The notes below the pieces were generated by a model that was given only the letters and a program-made list of their open reading frames with translations, did no database searches and was not told the DNA's origin. Below are positions 20,820-32,957 of a stretch of DNA of 64,000 nucleotides, one piece after another. Source of the DNA: an uncultured Methanomicrobiales archaeon (GTDB lineage: Archaea; Halobacteriota; Methanomicrobia; Methanomicrobiales; Methanospirillaceae). Position 1 is the first letter of the stretch, and each line of letters starts with the position of its first letter. Made by a program: the position numbers and the translations under genes. Location of the stretch: positions 1,824,001 to 1,888,000 of the forward strand of contig OY969100.1 in the NCBI GenBank assembly GCA_963697895.1, written 5' to 3'.

Positions 20820-21168
20820 GGCCATCATCTCTTCCCCGTGATTCTCTTCATTCCCCACATGCAGCCGGAGCATGAATGGCCATCATCTCTTCCCATGATT
20901 CTCTTTATTCCCCACATGCAGCCGGAGCATGAATGGCCATCATCTCTTCCCATGATTCTCTTTATTCCCCACATGCAGCCGGAGCATGAATGGCCATCAT
21001 CTCTCCTCCCCGTGATTCTCTTCATTCCCCACATGCAGCCGGAGCATGAATGGCCATCATCTCTTCCCCGTGATTCTCTTCATTCCCCACATGCAGCCGG
21101 AGCATGAATGGCCATCATCTCTTCGCCTGATCCCCTTCATTCCCCGCAACCGGAGCATAAAGGAACCA
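20820..21168. repeat. Intergenic tandem repeat, 57-60-bp unit, 5 near-identical copies plus a degenerate sixth
   Basis: Unit ggccatcatctcttccccgtgattctcttcattccccacatgcagccggagcatgaat starting at 20820, 20878, 20935, 20992, 21052 and 21110. Confidence 0.95.
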
Positions 21169-21193
21169 TTTATAAAAAAGGATTAGCGGAGGA

Positions 21194-22423
21194 TCATTTC
21201 CCCCGTCCGAGAGCCTGGTGCGCACGGGCGAGGTGCTGGGCGGCAAGCGCCCCGAGGAGGGAGAGTTCCCCTGCGAGGACGGCGCACGCGACGATCTCCG
21301 CGAATTTTCGCGCATGGGACCCCGGTGGTGTTCCTCCGCCGGCCACGCCGAGGAGGGAGAGGCATTCCCGCTGGGTATCCAGGCCGGTGCCCCCGCCGAC
21401 CGTGCCGAGCGGGAGCGACGGGAGGGTGACCGCGACGTACACCCCCGATGCAGTCGTGTCCACGGTCGTGATGCAGCTGCTTCCCTCCACCACGTGTGCC
21501 GGGTCCTGGCCGCACGCGATGAAGATCGCGGCAACGACGTTGGCCGCCTGCGCATTGAAACCCAGGGATCCCGCACGCGCCGAACCGACCAGGTTCTTCC
21601 GCATGTTCACCTCGGCGATGGTTGCCGCATCGGATTTGAAGACCTCCCGGACGAGCTCGCCGGAGAGCGCGACCCCGGCGACGACACTCCGTCCCCTCCC
21701 CCGGACCAGGTTGATCGCCGCGGGTTTTTTGTCGGTGCACATGTTGCCCGAGAGGGCGACGAGCCGGGCACCGGTCGCTTCGCTGATCAGGTCCGCGATC
21801 CGCGCACTCGCGATCGTGACCATGTTCATCCCCATCGCATCCTTCGTATCGAACTCGAAGCGCACGAAGACGTTCGTACCGGTCACGATCGGTACCGCGT
21901 CGATCAGGCGGCCATGGGAGGTCGTGGCCGCCGCCGCTTCGCAGATCCGGTCCCGGTGCGCATCGACCCAGTCGGCGATCTCCTTAGCGTGAACGACATC
22001 CCGGGCCGCGAAGACCGGTGCCCGGGTCATGCCGTCACGGAGGATACGCGCCTCCGCACCCCCGGCCCGGGTGATCGCCCCGCACCCCCGGTTCACCGAT
22101 GCGACCAGCGCACCCTCGGTCGTGGCAAGGGGGACGTAGTACTCCCCGTCCGCGTATTCGCCCCGGACCCGGAGCGGACCGGCGACCCCGACCGGCACCT
22201 GCACCGCCCCGATCATGTTCTCGCAGTTCTTCCTGACCACCTGGTCGATGCCGATGGTGTATGAGCCGAGCTGGGGCAGGGCCGTTCCCGTCTCCCGCTC
22301 GATAAAAGTCCGCCGCACGAGGACCGCCTCGTCGGGAGGAAGGGACTGCTCGAGCGCGTAGAGCCGGAGTGCCCCGGACTTCAGCCGGTGAATATAGGTC
22401 TCCCTGTCTGGATCATCGTTCAT
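21194..22423 (-). CDS. hmgA: HMG-CoA reductase (NADPH, class I)
   Basis: CENMIG, PLATTEGALVAS, DAMGMNM, GTVGGGT. Confidence 0.95.
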   Translation of the reverse strand: MNDDPDRETYIHRLKSGALRLYALEQSLPPDEAVLVRRTFIERETGTALPQLGSYTIGIDQVVRKNCENMIGAVQVPVGVAGPLRVRGEYADGEYYVPLATTEGALVASVNRGCGAITRAGGAEARILRDGMTRAPVFAARDVVHAKEIADWVDAHRDRICEAAAATTSHGRLIDAVPIVTGTNVFVRFEFDTKDAMGMNMVTIASARIADLISEATGARLVALSGNMCTDKKPAAINLVRGRGRSVVAGVALSGELVREVFKSDAATIAEVNMRKNLVGSARAGSLGFNAQAANVVAAIFIACGQDPAHVVEGSSCITTVDTTASGVYVAVTLPSLPLGTVGGGTGLDTQRECLSLLGVAGGGTPPGSHARKFAEIVACAVLAGELSLLGALAAQHLARAHQALGRGK

Positions 22424-22529
22424 GGTTCCCGATCAGGTACTGGTTCCGGGGTCATTTTATGGTATTGACCGGTCTCTCCGGAACCGAAGAGTTTTAGCCC
22501 CTGCCCGGCGCTATGGAGCTGAAGATCTG

Positions 22530-23444
22530 ATGCCCGGACGGCAGTGGTATCTGGAGGTGGCGCGGGAACGGGCTGAGGAGGTACGGAGATCGCTTTGGGA
22601 ATCCGGGCTCCTGGACCGGTCCCTCCGTCCCCGGAGCGAGGGAGATACGGTACTCTTTCCGGTCGTCCGGTGGTGCGAGGGAGCCCGGGAAGGGGAGTTC
22701 GAGGTGCATACCCCGCCTGTAATGCTGCCGCGGCACGAGCTGATCGGCGGTATTGCCGTCATGCAGGAACCGGACCGGGAGGCGGCCGCGGTCCTGCTCG
22801 CATCGCGACCGTCGCTCCACACGGTCCTCTTCGCGGAGAGCGATGTCGAAGGGGAGTACCGGACCCGCCGGTTCACCGTGCTTGCCGGGGAACCGACCAC
22901 CCGGACCCGGTACATCGAATATGGCCACCGGTTCCGGATCGATCTCGGCCAGGCCTATTTTTCCGCCCGCCTCTCGGAGGAGCGGCAGCGGGTCCGGAGA
23001 CTGATGGGTACGGACGAGATCGTGCTCGACATGTTCGCCGGGGTCGGGCCGTTTGCCATCACCCTCGCCACACAGGCACGGCTGGTCGTCGCCGCCGACA
23101 TCAATCCGGGAGCCGTGCGGCTCATGGAAGAAAACCTCCTCCTGAACCGGACGAAGAACGTGATCCCCGCCCTCATCGATGCGTCCCGTCTCCCGCTCAT
23201 CGTTCCCTGGCGGTTCGACCGGATCATCATGAACCTGCCGATGGAGGCGGGCCGGTATCTCCCGGAAGCCTTCCGGCTCTGCCGGCCCGGCGGGATGATC
23301 CACCTCTATGCACTCCAGGAAGAGGAGGGGGCACACCTCGCCTGTATCCGGCAGTACCCGGTCTCATCCGTCTCGGAACGGCAGGTCCGGAGTTACTCGC
23401 CGGGGCGGTGGCATGCGGTGTACGATATCACGACAGAGGGATAA
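22530..23444 (+). CDS. trm5: Trm5/Met-10-like tRNA (guanine-N1) methyltransferase
   Basis: YFSARLSEER, VLDMFAGVGPF, DINP, RIIMNLP. Confidence 0.85.
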   Translation: MPGRQWYLEVARERAEEVRRSLWESGLLDRSLRPRSEGDTVLFPVVRWCEGAREGEFEVHTPPVMLPRHELIGGIAVMQEPDREAAAVLLASRPSLHTVLFAESDVEGEYRTRRFTVLAGEPTTRTRYIEYGHRFRIDLGQAYFSARLSEERQRVRRLMGTDEIVLDMFAGVGPFAITLATQARLVVAADINPGAVRLMEENLLLNRTKNVIPALIDASRLPLIVPWRFDRIIMNLPMEAGRYLPEAFRLCRPGGMIHLYALQEEEGAHLACIRQYPVSSVSERQVRSYSPGRWHAVYDITTEG

Positions 23445-23472
23445 GGAAAGGGCGAATCCGAAAAAAAGGCGG

Positions 23473-23601
23473 TTATGAGACGGGAACAAATTTCGTCCCG
23501 TAATTTATGAAACGGGAACGAACTTCGTCCCGTAATGGATGAAACGGGGAACAAATTTCGTCCCGCAATTTATGGGACGGGAACAAACTTCGTCCCGTAG
23601 T
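23473..23601. repeat. 32-bp tandem repeat, 4 copies; one copy is the last codons and stop of the DUF35 gene
   Basis: Copies at 23473, 23505, 23537 and 23570 of ttatgr.acgggaacaaa.ttcgtcccgta.t, each with an acggga...tcccgt inverted repeat. Confidence 0.9.
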
Positions 23602-23962
23602 GGATGACCCCGCTCTCGCCATCGGCCATGATCCGCCGGAAGACCGGCCGGACCTTCATCCCGATCGCTGCCGCTTCCGGGGCACAGACGACCTGGCCGG
23701 TGAGCCGCGGACCCTCGTCGAGGCGGATGATCGCGAGGACATACGGGGTCGCCTGTTCAAACTGCTCGCTGGCGGTCCGGATGATCGTGTACGTCACCAC
23801 TTCCCCCGTTCCCCTGAACTTATGATCGACGATCTCCCCCGCCCGCCGGCAGTCGGGGCAGAACGTCCGGGGCGGGAAGAAGTACCGGTCGCATTGCGTG
23901 CAGTGGGTGCCGATCAGGTTGTACCGCTGCGGGATCTTCCGCCAGAACCGTGCGACAGACAT
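23570..23962 (-). CDS. DUF35 Zn-ribbon/OB-fold protein (thiolase/HMGCS scaffold)
   Basis: CTQC...FFPPRTFCPDC, GEVVTYT, YGTKF; downstream of thiolase. Confidence 0.9.
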   Translation of the reverse strand: MSVARFWRKIPQRYNLIGTHCTQCDRYFFPPRTFCPDCRRAGEIVDHKFRGTGEVVTYTIIRTASEQFEQATPYVLAIIRLDEGPRLTGQVVCAPEAAAIGMKVRPVFRRIMADGESGVIHYGTKFVPVP

Positions 23963-23964
23963 GG

Positions 23965-26176
<2,212 letters not shown>

Positions 26177-26183
<7 letters not shown>

Positions 26184-26887
26184 GGCTCTTCCCTCAGTTT
26201 GCTCACGATCTGATCAATCTCCATCTTTGTACAGAGCACGGTGATATGGTCGCGCTCTGCCATTTTCGGGACGAGCGGATGGACCAGGCCCGGTTCGATC
26301 CCCTGAAGCACCACGCACCGGGGCTTGAAGGGGGTGACCCGGATTGCCACCATCGGTGACTTGCCCGATGAAACTTCGGTAAAGATCAACGCCCGTTCCG
26401 TGCTCCACCCGTAGATCCGGTTGAACTCGTTCGAGGAGAGCTGCAGGATCGCATTCAGGCTGTTGATGACCGTATACCCGAAGATGGACTGGTCCAGGTC
26501 ACCGCACAGGGACGTACATCCGATCGCCTCTGCAAACTGCCGGAGCCCGACCGGCGACGGGTAATCATGCATATCGTAGATCACATCGTCGTCGAACTCG
26601 CTGTACAGCATCTTTGCATATTTCTGCATGTATCTGCCGCCGTTTGCCTCGTCGATCGAAAGGATCGTGTCGACGATCTTTCCCACGACGGCTGTCCCGG
26701 GGCTCTTCCGCCGCCCGCTCTCGTAGTCGCTGATCACGGACGGGGAGACATCGAGCCGATCGGAGAGCACCCCCTGGGGGATGTTGAAGTTCATCCGCCA
26801 TTTCTTCAGGGCCTTGCCCGGGGAGTCTGATAGGGTGATCTCGCCGGCCATCTTCTCGGCCAGCTGATTCCGCAACCCGGATTTCAT
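26177..26887 (-). CDS. XRE-family HTH transcriptional regulator (conserved archaeal type)
   Basis: [18 protein letters not shown]...[29 protein letters not shown]. Confidence 0.85.
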
Positions 26888-26998
26888 GTCTTATGAAGTC
26901 GGCAGGGATATTAATATAATTACCGAATGAGGCTTCGACATTTCACGAAGTCCGGCCGAAGCGAATCCATAAATAATATGCATCTCAAATTTGATAAC

Positions 26999-27667
26999 AT
27001 GGTCATGGCCGAGGATCTCCAGTGCCTGAAGGCGATCGCGCTCATGGGCGGGTGCCGGGGACCGGTCTGGGTCTCCTCGCAGTCGCTCGGCACCGCACTC
27101 CGGATCAGCCCGCAGACCGCATCGCGCCGCCTGCAATCGCTGGAACGCCAGACGCTCGTCACCCGGTCGATCGCGCCGGGCGGCCAGTACATCTCGGTCA
27201 CCCGGCCGGGGGAAGACGAACTCCGGCGGGAATACGCCGATTATTGCCGGGTCTTCTCCCGGGAAGGAGTCCATTACAGCCTTTCCGGCTGCGTGATCAC
27301 CGGGCTCGGAGAGGGACGATACTACATGAGCCTGGAGCCCTATCGCCGGCAGTTCAGGGAGCACCTGGGTTTTGAACCTTATCCGGGAACCCTCAATCTC
27401 CGGCTGAACTCCCCGGGGATCCAGTACCGGAAAAAAATGGAGACCCTGGAATGGATTCCCATTCATGGATTCAGGGCGGAAGAACGGACGTTCGGGGATG
27501 TACGCTGCATTCCGTGCCGCATCGGGGATATCCGGTGCGGGATCGTGGTTCCGGGGAGGACGCACTACCCGGAAGACATCGTCGAGCTGGTCGCCCCGGT
27601 CGGGCTCCGGGAAGAACTGGGACTGAAAGACGGGGATATGGTCACCGTGGAGGTGGATTATGATTGA
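26999..27667 (+). CDS. ribK: CTP-dependent riboflavin kinase with N-terminal winged helix
   Basis: SPQTASRRL, GLGEGRYY, GFEPYPGTLN, RTHYPEDIVE. Confidence 0.9.
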   Translation: MVMAEDLQCLKAIALMGGCRGPVWVSSQSLGTALRISPQTASRRLQSLERQTLVTRSIAPGGQYISVTRPGEDELRREYADYCRVFSREGVHYSLSGCVITGLGEGRYYMSLEPYRRQFREHLGFEPYPGTLNLRLNSPGIQYRKKMETLEWIPIHGFRAEERTFGDVRCIPCRIGDIRCGIVVPGRTHYPEDIVELVAPVGLREELGLKDGDMVTVEVDYD

Positions 27668-28346
27668 AGATGCGGTCAGGGAACTCGCCGCCGGGAAATT
27701 CATTTTACTGTACGATTTCGATGATCGGGAACGGGAAACGGACTTTGCGATACGGGCGGATGCGGTGACCCCGGCCCACATCCTCCGGATGAGAAAGGAC
27801 GGCGGGGGGCTGATATGCACGGCGATCCACCCGGACGCGGCAAAAATTCTTCGCCTGCCATTCGCGAGCGACCTCTTCCGGGACTGCGGGAGGAGCGAGC
27901 TTGCCGGCGTGGTGGAGAAGCCGGGGGATATCCCGTACGATCGGAGAAACCATTCATCCTTCTCCCTCTGGGTGAATCACCGGAGCACGTTCACGGGTAT
28001 CACGGACCGGGATCGCGCCATGACGATCAATGCGGTCGCCGACGAGGTGAAACGATCGATGAACGGCGGGGGAGCCGATTTCCATGCACAGTTCCGGACC
28101 CCCGGGCATGTGGCCATCCTGCGGGCCGCTGACGGCCTCCTCGACCAGCGAACCGGGCAGACAGAACTGTCGGTGGCACTGGCAGAACTCGGCGGGATCA
28201 CTCCGGCGATCACCATCTGCGAGATGCTCGATGACGAATCCGGCAACGCGCTTTCAAAAGACGATGCAATGAAATACGCACGGAGACACGGGCTTGTCTT
28301 TATTGAAGGGCGCGAAGTGATCGACCGGTGGCGACAGAAGCGGTAG
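27660..28346 (+). CDS. ribB: 3,4-dihydroxy-2-butanone-4-phosphate synthase
   Basis: DDRERETD, GGGLIC, TFTGITDRDR, FRTPGHV, CEMLD. Confidence 0.95.
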   Translation: MIEDAVRELAAGKFILLYDFDDRERETDFAIRADAVTPAHILRMRKDGGGLICTAIHPDAAKILRLPFASDLFRDCGRSELAGVVEKPGDIPYDRRNHSSFSLWVNHRSTFTGITDRDRAMTINAVADEVKRSMNGGGADFHAQFRTPGHVAILRAADGLLDQRTGQTELSVALAELGGITPAITICEMLDDESGNALSKDDAMKYARRHGLVFIEGREVIDRWRQKR

Positions 28347-28397
28347 GGTCGAAACGGGCGTATTTCGTCCCCGAATGATTTTTTCGAAAGACTGTAC

Positions 28398-28426
28398 CGT
28401 TGGGAGGATTTTCGTCCTCCCGAACG
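28398..28426. terminator. Stem-loop downstream of ribB (possible terminator)
   Basis: cgtt-gggagga-ttttcg-tcctccc-gaacg. Confidence 0.35.
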
Positions 28427-28577
28427 CGGAATACTTCTTCTTTAACGGGTGTTTCATCAGATTTTTATAGATGAGAACCAGATTAGTCTGCGACAGGATT
28501 GTGCGTCCGGAGGTGAGAATGCTCTCGAACTCCCCCGCGCTCTCCCCCCGTCGCTCTGATATTCGAGAGGGAGAATT

Positions 28578-28802
28578 ATGGTACATGTTGTGATCGATCG
28601 CGAGGCCTGCGTCAGCTGCGGGTCATGTTATGATGTCTGCCCGGAATTTTTTGAGGAGAACCCCGGGGATTCGTTCAGCCAGGTTATCGAAAAGTACCGG
28701 ACCGGGGGAGAACCCGGTGAAGGAGATGCCCCGGATACGCTCGAGCAGTGCGCCACAGACGCGGCTGATGCGTGCCCGGTGCAGATCATCCATATCGGAT
28801 AG
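28578..28802 (+). CDS. Ferredoxin (single cluster)
   Basis: CVSCGSCYDVCP...ADACP. Confidence 0.9.
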   Translation: MVHVVIDREACVSCGSCYDVCPEFFEENPGDSFSQVIEKYRTGGEPGEGDAPDTLEQCATDAADACPVQIIHIG

Positions 28803-29057
28803 CGAAGAATGGGGAACCCCGTTCATCCTCAGTTTTTTTGGTTCCGGTAACGGGGATTCACTCTTGCACGAACTTCCTGTATGGACCGATCGCGATCTCT
28901 TCAGAGTTCTCCCAAGAAGGGCTTCCTGTAAACCGTTGGAGAGAAAGCCCTGAAAATGTGATGCCGCGTTTATTTTCTGTGAATGAAGATTTTTTTCCGT
29001 CCAACGCACGCGGGGACGCTTCAGAAAAGATGAAAGGGGAGTTCTTCTTCCTGCGAT

Positions 29058-29519
29058 CTATGCGGAGACGCGGGGAAATACCACTCTTGCCAGCCAGAAC
29101 TGCTCGAAAGAATGGATCATGGTGTTGAATTCGGACAGATCGAGTGGCTTGGTAAGGTAGCAGTTTGCATGCAGCTCGTAGGTCATCGTGATATCCTGCT
29201 CGGCCTGCGAGGACGTCAACACCACCACCGGTATCCGTTTCAGCTCGTCATTTTGTTTGATCTCGGCGAGGACTTCCCGCCCGTCTTTCTTCGGGAGATT
29301 GAGATCGAGGAGGATGATATCGGGTACTGGTGCCTCCGCAAAGCGCCCTTTCCGGTAGAGAAATTCCATCGCCGCTTCCCCGTCTTCCACCACGCTGATA
29401 TGGCCGACGATCGTGCTCCCCTTCAGACCCTCCCGTATCAGCCGGACATCCCCGGGATTATCCTCAATCAGGAGGATCTCGATTTTTTCTTCTTCTTTGG
29501 CCATATTCTTTGCCCTCAT
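29058..29519 (-). CDS. Single-domain response regulator (Rcp1-like)
   Basis: LLIEDNPGD, PDIILLDLNLPKKDG, VVLTSS, ANCYLTKP, FW. Confidence 0.9.
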   Translation of the reverse strand: MRAKNMAKEEEKIEILLIEDNPGDVRLIREGLKGSTIVGHISVVEDGEAAMEFLYRKGRFAEAPVPDIILLDLNLPKKDGREVLAEIKQNDELKRIPVVVLTSSQAEQDITMTYELHANCYLTKPLDLSEFNTMIHSFEQFWLARVVFPRVSA

Positions 29520-29658
29520 TTACCTGGGAAACGCTTCGTTTGAGCAGTCATTTCGAACTATGTCAAGCATAATAGCGGATATACGTTAAAAACATTTTCA
29601 TTGTTCATCATCTGAATACCGGACCGGGAAAAGTGACGTAATGTCAACCCGTCATCCA

Positions 29659-31890
29659 TCATTTCCGCTGTCGTTCGCGGGTCAGATCCTGGGCATACAT
29701 ACGGATCGTGCCGTGCTCGGGAGACAGGTAGATGGATTCCCCGAATATCGCCTTGCCGATCAGGATCTCCCGGTAGAAGAACCCGTCGTCCCCGTTCCGT
29801 AACTCCGCGAGAATCCCGTCCATGTCCTTGGGAAAGAAGAGATCGGGGTTGTTGGGGAGTCCCAGTCTGCGCAGGGCCAGATCACAGGCGATGTTGGCGA
29901 AGGCGACCGACCCGTCGTTCCGGATCTCCAGGATGGGTTGCGGGTTCTCCTGCGTGAATGAAGCGATATGGCGGAACCGTTTTTCACTCATCTCCAGCTC
30001 GCTTGAGAGCCTCTTCATCTCCGTGATGTCCCGTGCGATCGTCGAGCGGCCGATGATCTCTCCCGTCACGCCATAAATCGGGGAGATGGAAGCCGATATA
30101 TCCATGACCCTGCCGTCCTTCCGTATCCTCCGGGTCTCGAAGTGATCGATATGCTCCCCGGTCAGGATCCTCCGGACGATATCCTCCTGTTCATGGGCCC
30201 GGTCGGGCGGGACATTTCCGGTGAGCGGCTTTCCGAGCACCTCCTCCCGGGTCCACCCGTATATCCGTTCCGCACCCGGGTTCCAGGCGATAATGTTCCC
30301 CTCGCGATCACGGCCGATGATCGCATCCTCCGAAGACTCCACGAGCAGGGCAAGGAGCTGACTCTGCTTCTGGGCCTCGACCAGATCGGTGATATCCCGA
30401 AAGATTGTAACCGCCCCGATGATCACATTTCCCTGCGTTACCGGGGTGGCACTCAGCAGAACATCCCGGGCTGTCCCGTCCGGCCCGGTATACCGGACCG
30501 CCGTACCGATCACCCGTTCCCCGGAGAGAGCCCGGTTCACGACCGAATCCTCCGGTTGAAGGGTGTCTGCATCGGGTATGGTTGTTCCCGGATTCCCGGG
30601 AGTCTTATGGTGAATATCTTCATCCCTGATCCCGACGATCTCCCGTGCGGCGTCGTTGACGACGAGATAGTTCCCGGAAGCATCATACACGATGATGCCG
30701 TCTCCCGCCTCCCGGAGGATCGCCTCGAGGAATTTCTTCTGTTCCCGGATCTCCTGCTCCGCTCTCTTCCGCTGGGTGATGTCCTGGCCGATGCCGTAGA
30801 GGAGCGTTCTGTTCCCGATCGTGAGCGGTACAACCTGTAACAGCATGCTCTTCGTCCTGCCATGCACCGTGTATTCGGTCTCGATCGTGCGTCTTCGCGC
30901 CTGGGGTGGCTTCAGAGACGGTCGGATCTGTTCAAACCCCGGCATCCACTCGGTTACGGGGCGATCCTGCATATCTTCCATTCTCCGTTCCATGAACTCA
31001 AGGGCTGCGATATTTGCGTCCGTGAGCTCCCCGTGGTCACCCGCGATGATGATCGGGTTTAAATGGTTGTCAAAGATGGTCCGGAATTTCTGTTCGCTCT
31101 CGATGAGGGCGTCTTCATTCCGCTTACGGGCAATTACCTGAACGAACAGGTTTCCTATCGTACCGAGGAGGCTCTGGTCAGCTCCCGACCATTTTTTCGC
31201 CCTCCGGTGCATCACGGCAAAGATACCGATGAGTTCGCCGTTGAGCGTGAGCGGGAGATACAATACGCTTTTCGCTCCGATATTTTTCCAGAACGCCTGT
31301 TCGGCCTGGGCTTCAGGGGGAAGAGAACCGGTATTCGCGACCATCACCGTCTCGCCCGCCGCCAGCCGGGGCATCAGCCACCGGTATCCCTCGACGGAGG
31401 TCCCCGTCACAAACGGTTCGATCGTTTCGGTTCTCCGGGCACACCACTCGTATATCTCTTCGATAGTGGTTCCATCGTCAGATAGAAGGCCTGTCAGGCA
31501 CCGTTCCGCACCGGTACATTCTCCGATTCTCCCGAGAATGAGCCGGATGTCTTCGAAGATCTGCCCGGTTGGCGCACTGATGAACTGCCGTGCGATCGTC
31601 GAAATAAGTTCCTCTTTCCTGATCCGGTCCAGGAGTGCTTCCTGTGCTTTTTTCAGTTCCTTTATGTCCCGGCCCGGGCTTTTTGGAGTCGGGTGGGGTT
31701 CGCCTGCAGCGTTCCATTCATCTTTCGACCGTCGGGTCTCTCTTAATGCCGGGACGCTCTCATCCCGGGGGGAGGATCTTCGCTCAAGGAAGTCCTGGAG
31801 CATCTGCCTGACCTCCGGACATGCATCGCGGTGTTCCTCGTTTTCTTCAAGAAACCGCTTGATTTCCCTGATTGCCTGATCTACCGTCAT
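29659..31890 (-). CDS. GAF plus multi-PAS sensor protein with no recognisable output domain
   Basis: GAF (EWCA...GAKSVLYLPL), then PAS/PAC repeats (SEQKFRTIF, SSEDAII...WNPGAERIYG, ARDITE) up to the stop. Confidence 0.8.
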   Translation of the reverse strand: MTVDQAIREIKRFLEENEEHRDACPEVRQMLQDFLERRSSPRDESVPALRETRRSKDEWNAAGEPHPTPKSPGRDIKELKKAQEALLDRIRKEELISTIARQFISAPTGQIFEDIRLILGRIGECTGAERCLTGLLSDDGTTIEEIYEWCARRTETIEPFVTGTSVEGYRWLMPRLAAGETVMVANTGSLPPEAQAEQAFWKNIGAKSVLYLPLTLNGELIGIFAVMHRRAKKWSGADQSLLGTIGNLFVQVIARKRNEDALIESEQKFRTIFDNHLNPIIIAGDHGELTDANIAALEFMERRMEDMQDRPVTEWMPGFEQIRPSLKPPQARRRTIETEYTVHGRTKSMLLQVVPLTIGNRTLLYGIGQDITQRKRAEQEIREQKKFLEAILREAGDGIIVYDASGNYLVVNDAAREIVGIRDEDIHHKTPGNPGTTIPDADTLQPEDSVVNRALSGERVIGTAVRYTGPDGTARDVLLSATPVTQGNVIIGAVTIFRDITDLVEAQKQSQLLALLVESSEDAIIGRDREGNIIAWNPGAERIYGWTREEVLGKPLTGNVPPDRAHEQEDIVRRILTGEHIDHFETRRIRKDGRVMDISASISPIYGVTGEIIGRSTIARDITEMKRLSSELEMSEKRFRHIASFTQENPQPILEIRNDGSVAFANIACDLALRRLGLPNNPDLFFPKDMDGILAELRNGDDGFFYREILIGKAIFGESIYLSPEHGTIRMYAQDLTRERQRK

Positions 31891-32366
31891 GCTTTTACTC
31901 TTCCCGTCCGGCACGACGATCGCCCCCTCCGGGTCTCTGCGGGTTCCATCCTGTGCGGGAATCCCCCCGGGCACCGGACCGGCCCTGATCCTCTGCGTGA
32001 TGACGAACTATCCGGTTATTTCCTTCTGGTAGGTGCATCCATCCATCCCTGTGCCCCGGTTATTCCCATTTCCCGACGATTTCGGCCCTGCTTCGTTCTT
32101 TTCACATTGATTGGCGCGGGTTTGCTGAAGTTCACTCCTGCTCTGCCATTCCGTACAAAACTCTCTGTACTCTCTATCTAGTGCTCTGGAGCTGTAACGA
32201 TAAAGGTATCCAAACCGGCGTCTTTCTAAAAGTCAGAGCGCCTCGTTGGGGGCGTTCCCGGAGACAAAGCAGACTGTTTCAGGGTAAATCCGGGCTCCTG
32301 CCCGTGGGACAGGTGCAGGGGAAAAAAGAAAGATGCCCGGTTCTCCCGATCGAACCGGGTCGGATT

Positions 32367-32957
32367 TCAGATCTTCAGTTGCGCGAGTGCATCATAGACC
32401 ATTCTCCGGAATGTTCCCGGTTCCATTCCCGGGTAGTCCTTCTGTGCCCGTTCCGAATCAGGGGTCTTTCCCCATCCGTCGAGGCGGTCCAGGGTTGCCC
32501 GTGCCGTATCGAGCACCCACTGGTCCCTGACGTCCCGCTCGACGACCGTGATCGATTCTGCACGGACGGAGACGAGGACGGCCCCGTCCGGCGTCTCATA
32601 GAGCGTGGGTTTTCCGATAACCGCGACGAACGACGGGGGCTCGATACGCGCCATCTGCTGCATCGCCTCCGGCTGGTAACTCCCGGCCATGATGAAGAAC
32701 GTACCGGTCGGGTCCGCCACCCGTGCGCGGTAGAATATGTTCTGGTCACCCTGTCGCTTCTTCTCGGTCATCGTCCCCACGATAAAGACCCGGTTACAGC
32801 GCTCGCCGGTCGGAAGCATGACGAAACTCGGGCTTTTTTCATCGTCCCCCTCCTTGAACTGGACCCGGGTTTCCCGCAGTTCGGCGGCAAAGACCCGCCG
32901 TGCCGGTTCACGCTCGAATGTCCCTTCCCGGCGGGGTGTCCCCTTCTGGCCGTTCAT
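32367..32957 (-). CDS. RPA-associated single OB-fold nucleic-acid-binding protein
   Basis: REPARRVFAAEL, LPTGERCNRVFIVGT, DPTGTF..AG.YQPEA. Confidence 0.85.
   Translation of the reverse strand: MNGQKGTPRREGTFEREPARRVFAAELRETRVQFKEGDDEKSPSFVMLPTGERCNRVFIVGTMTEKKRQGDQNIFYRARVADPTGTFFIMAGSYQPEAMQQMARIEPPSFVAVIGKPTLYETPDGAVLVSVRAESITVVERDVRDQWVLDTARATLDRLDGWGKTPDSERAQKDYPGMEPGTFRRMVYDALAQLKI

Noticed and set aside
20825-21107. Repeat-encoded peptides (MILFIPHMQPEHEWPSS / CSGCMWG)
   Set aside because: By-products of the tandem repeat; unit lengths of 58 bp break the frame.
20820-21168. Possible CRISPR array
   Set aside because: Units are contiguous and near-identical, with no unique spacers and no cas genes.
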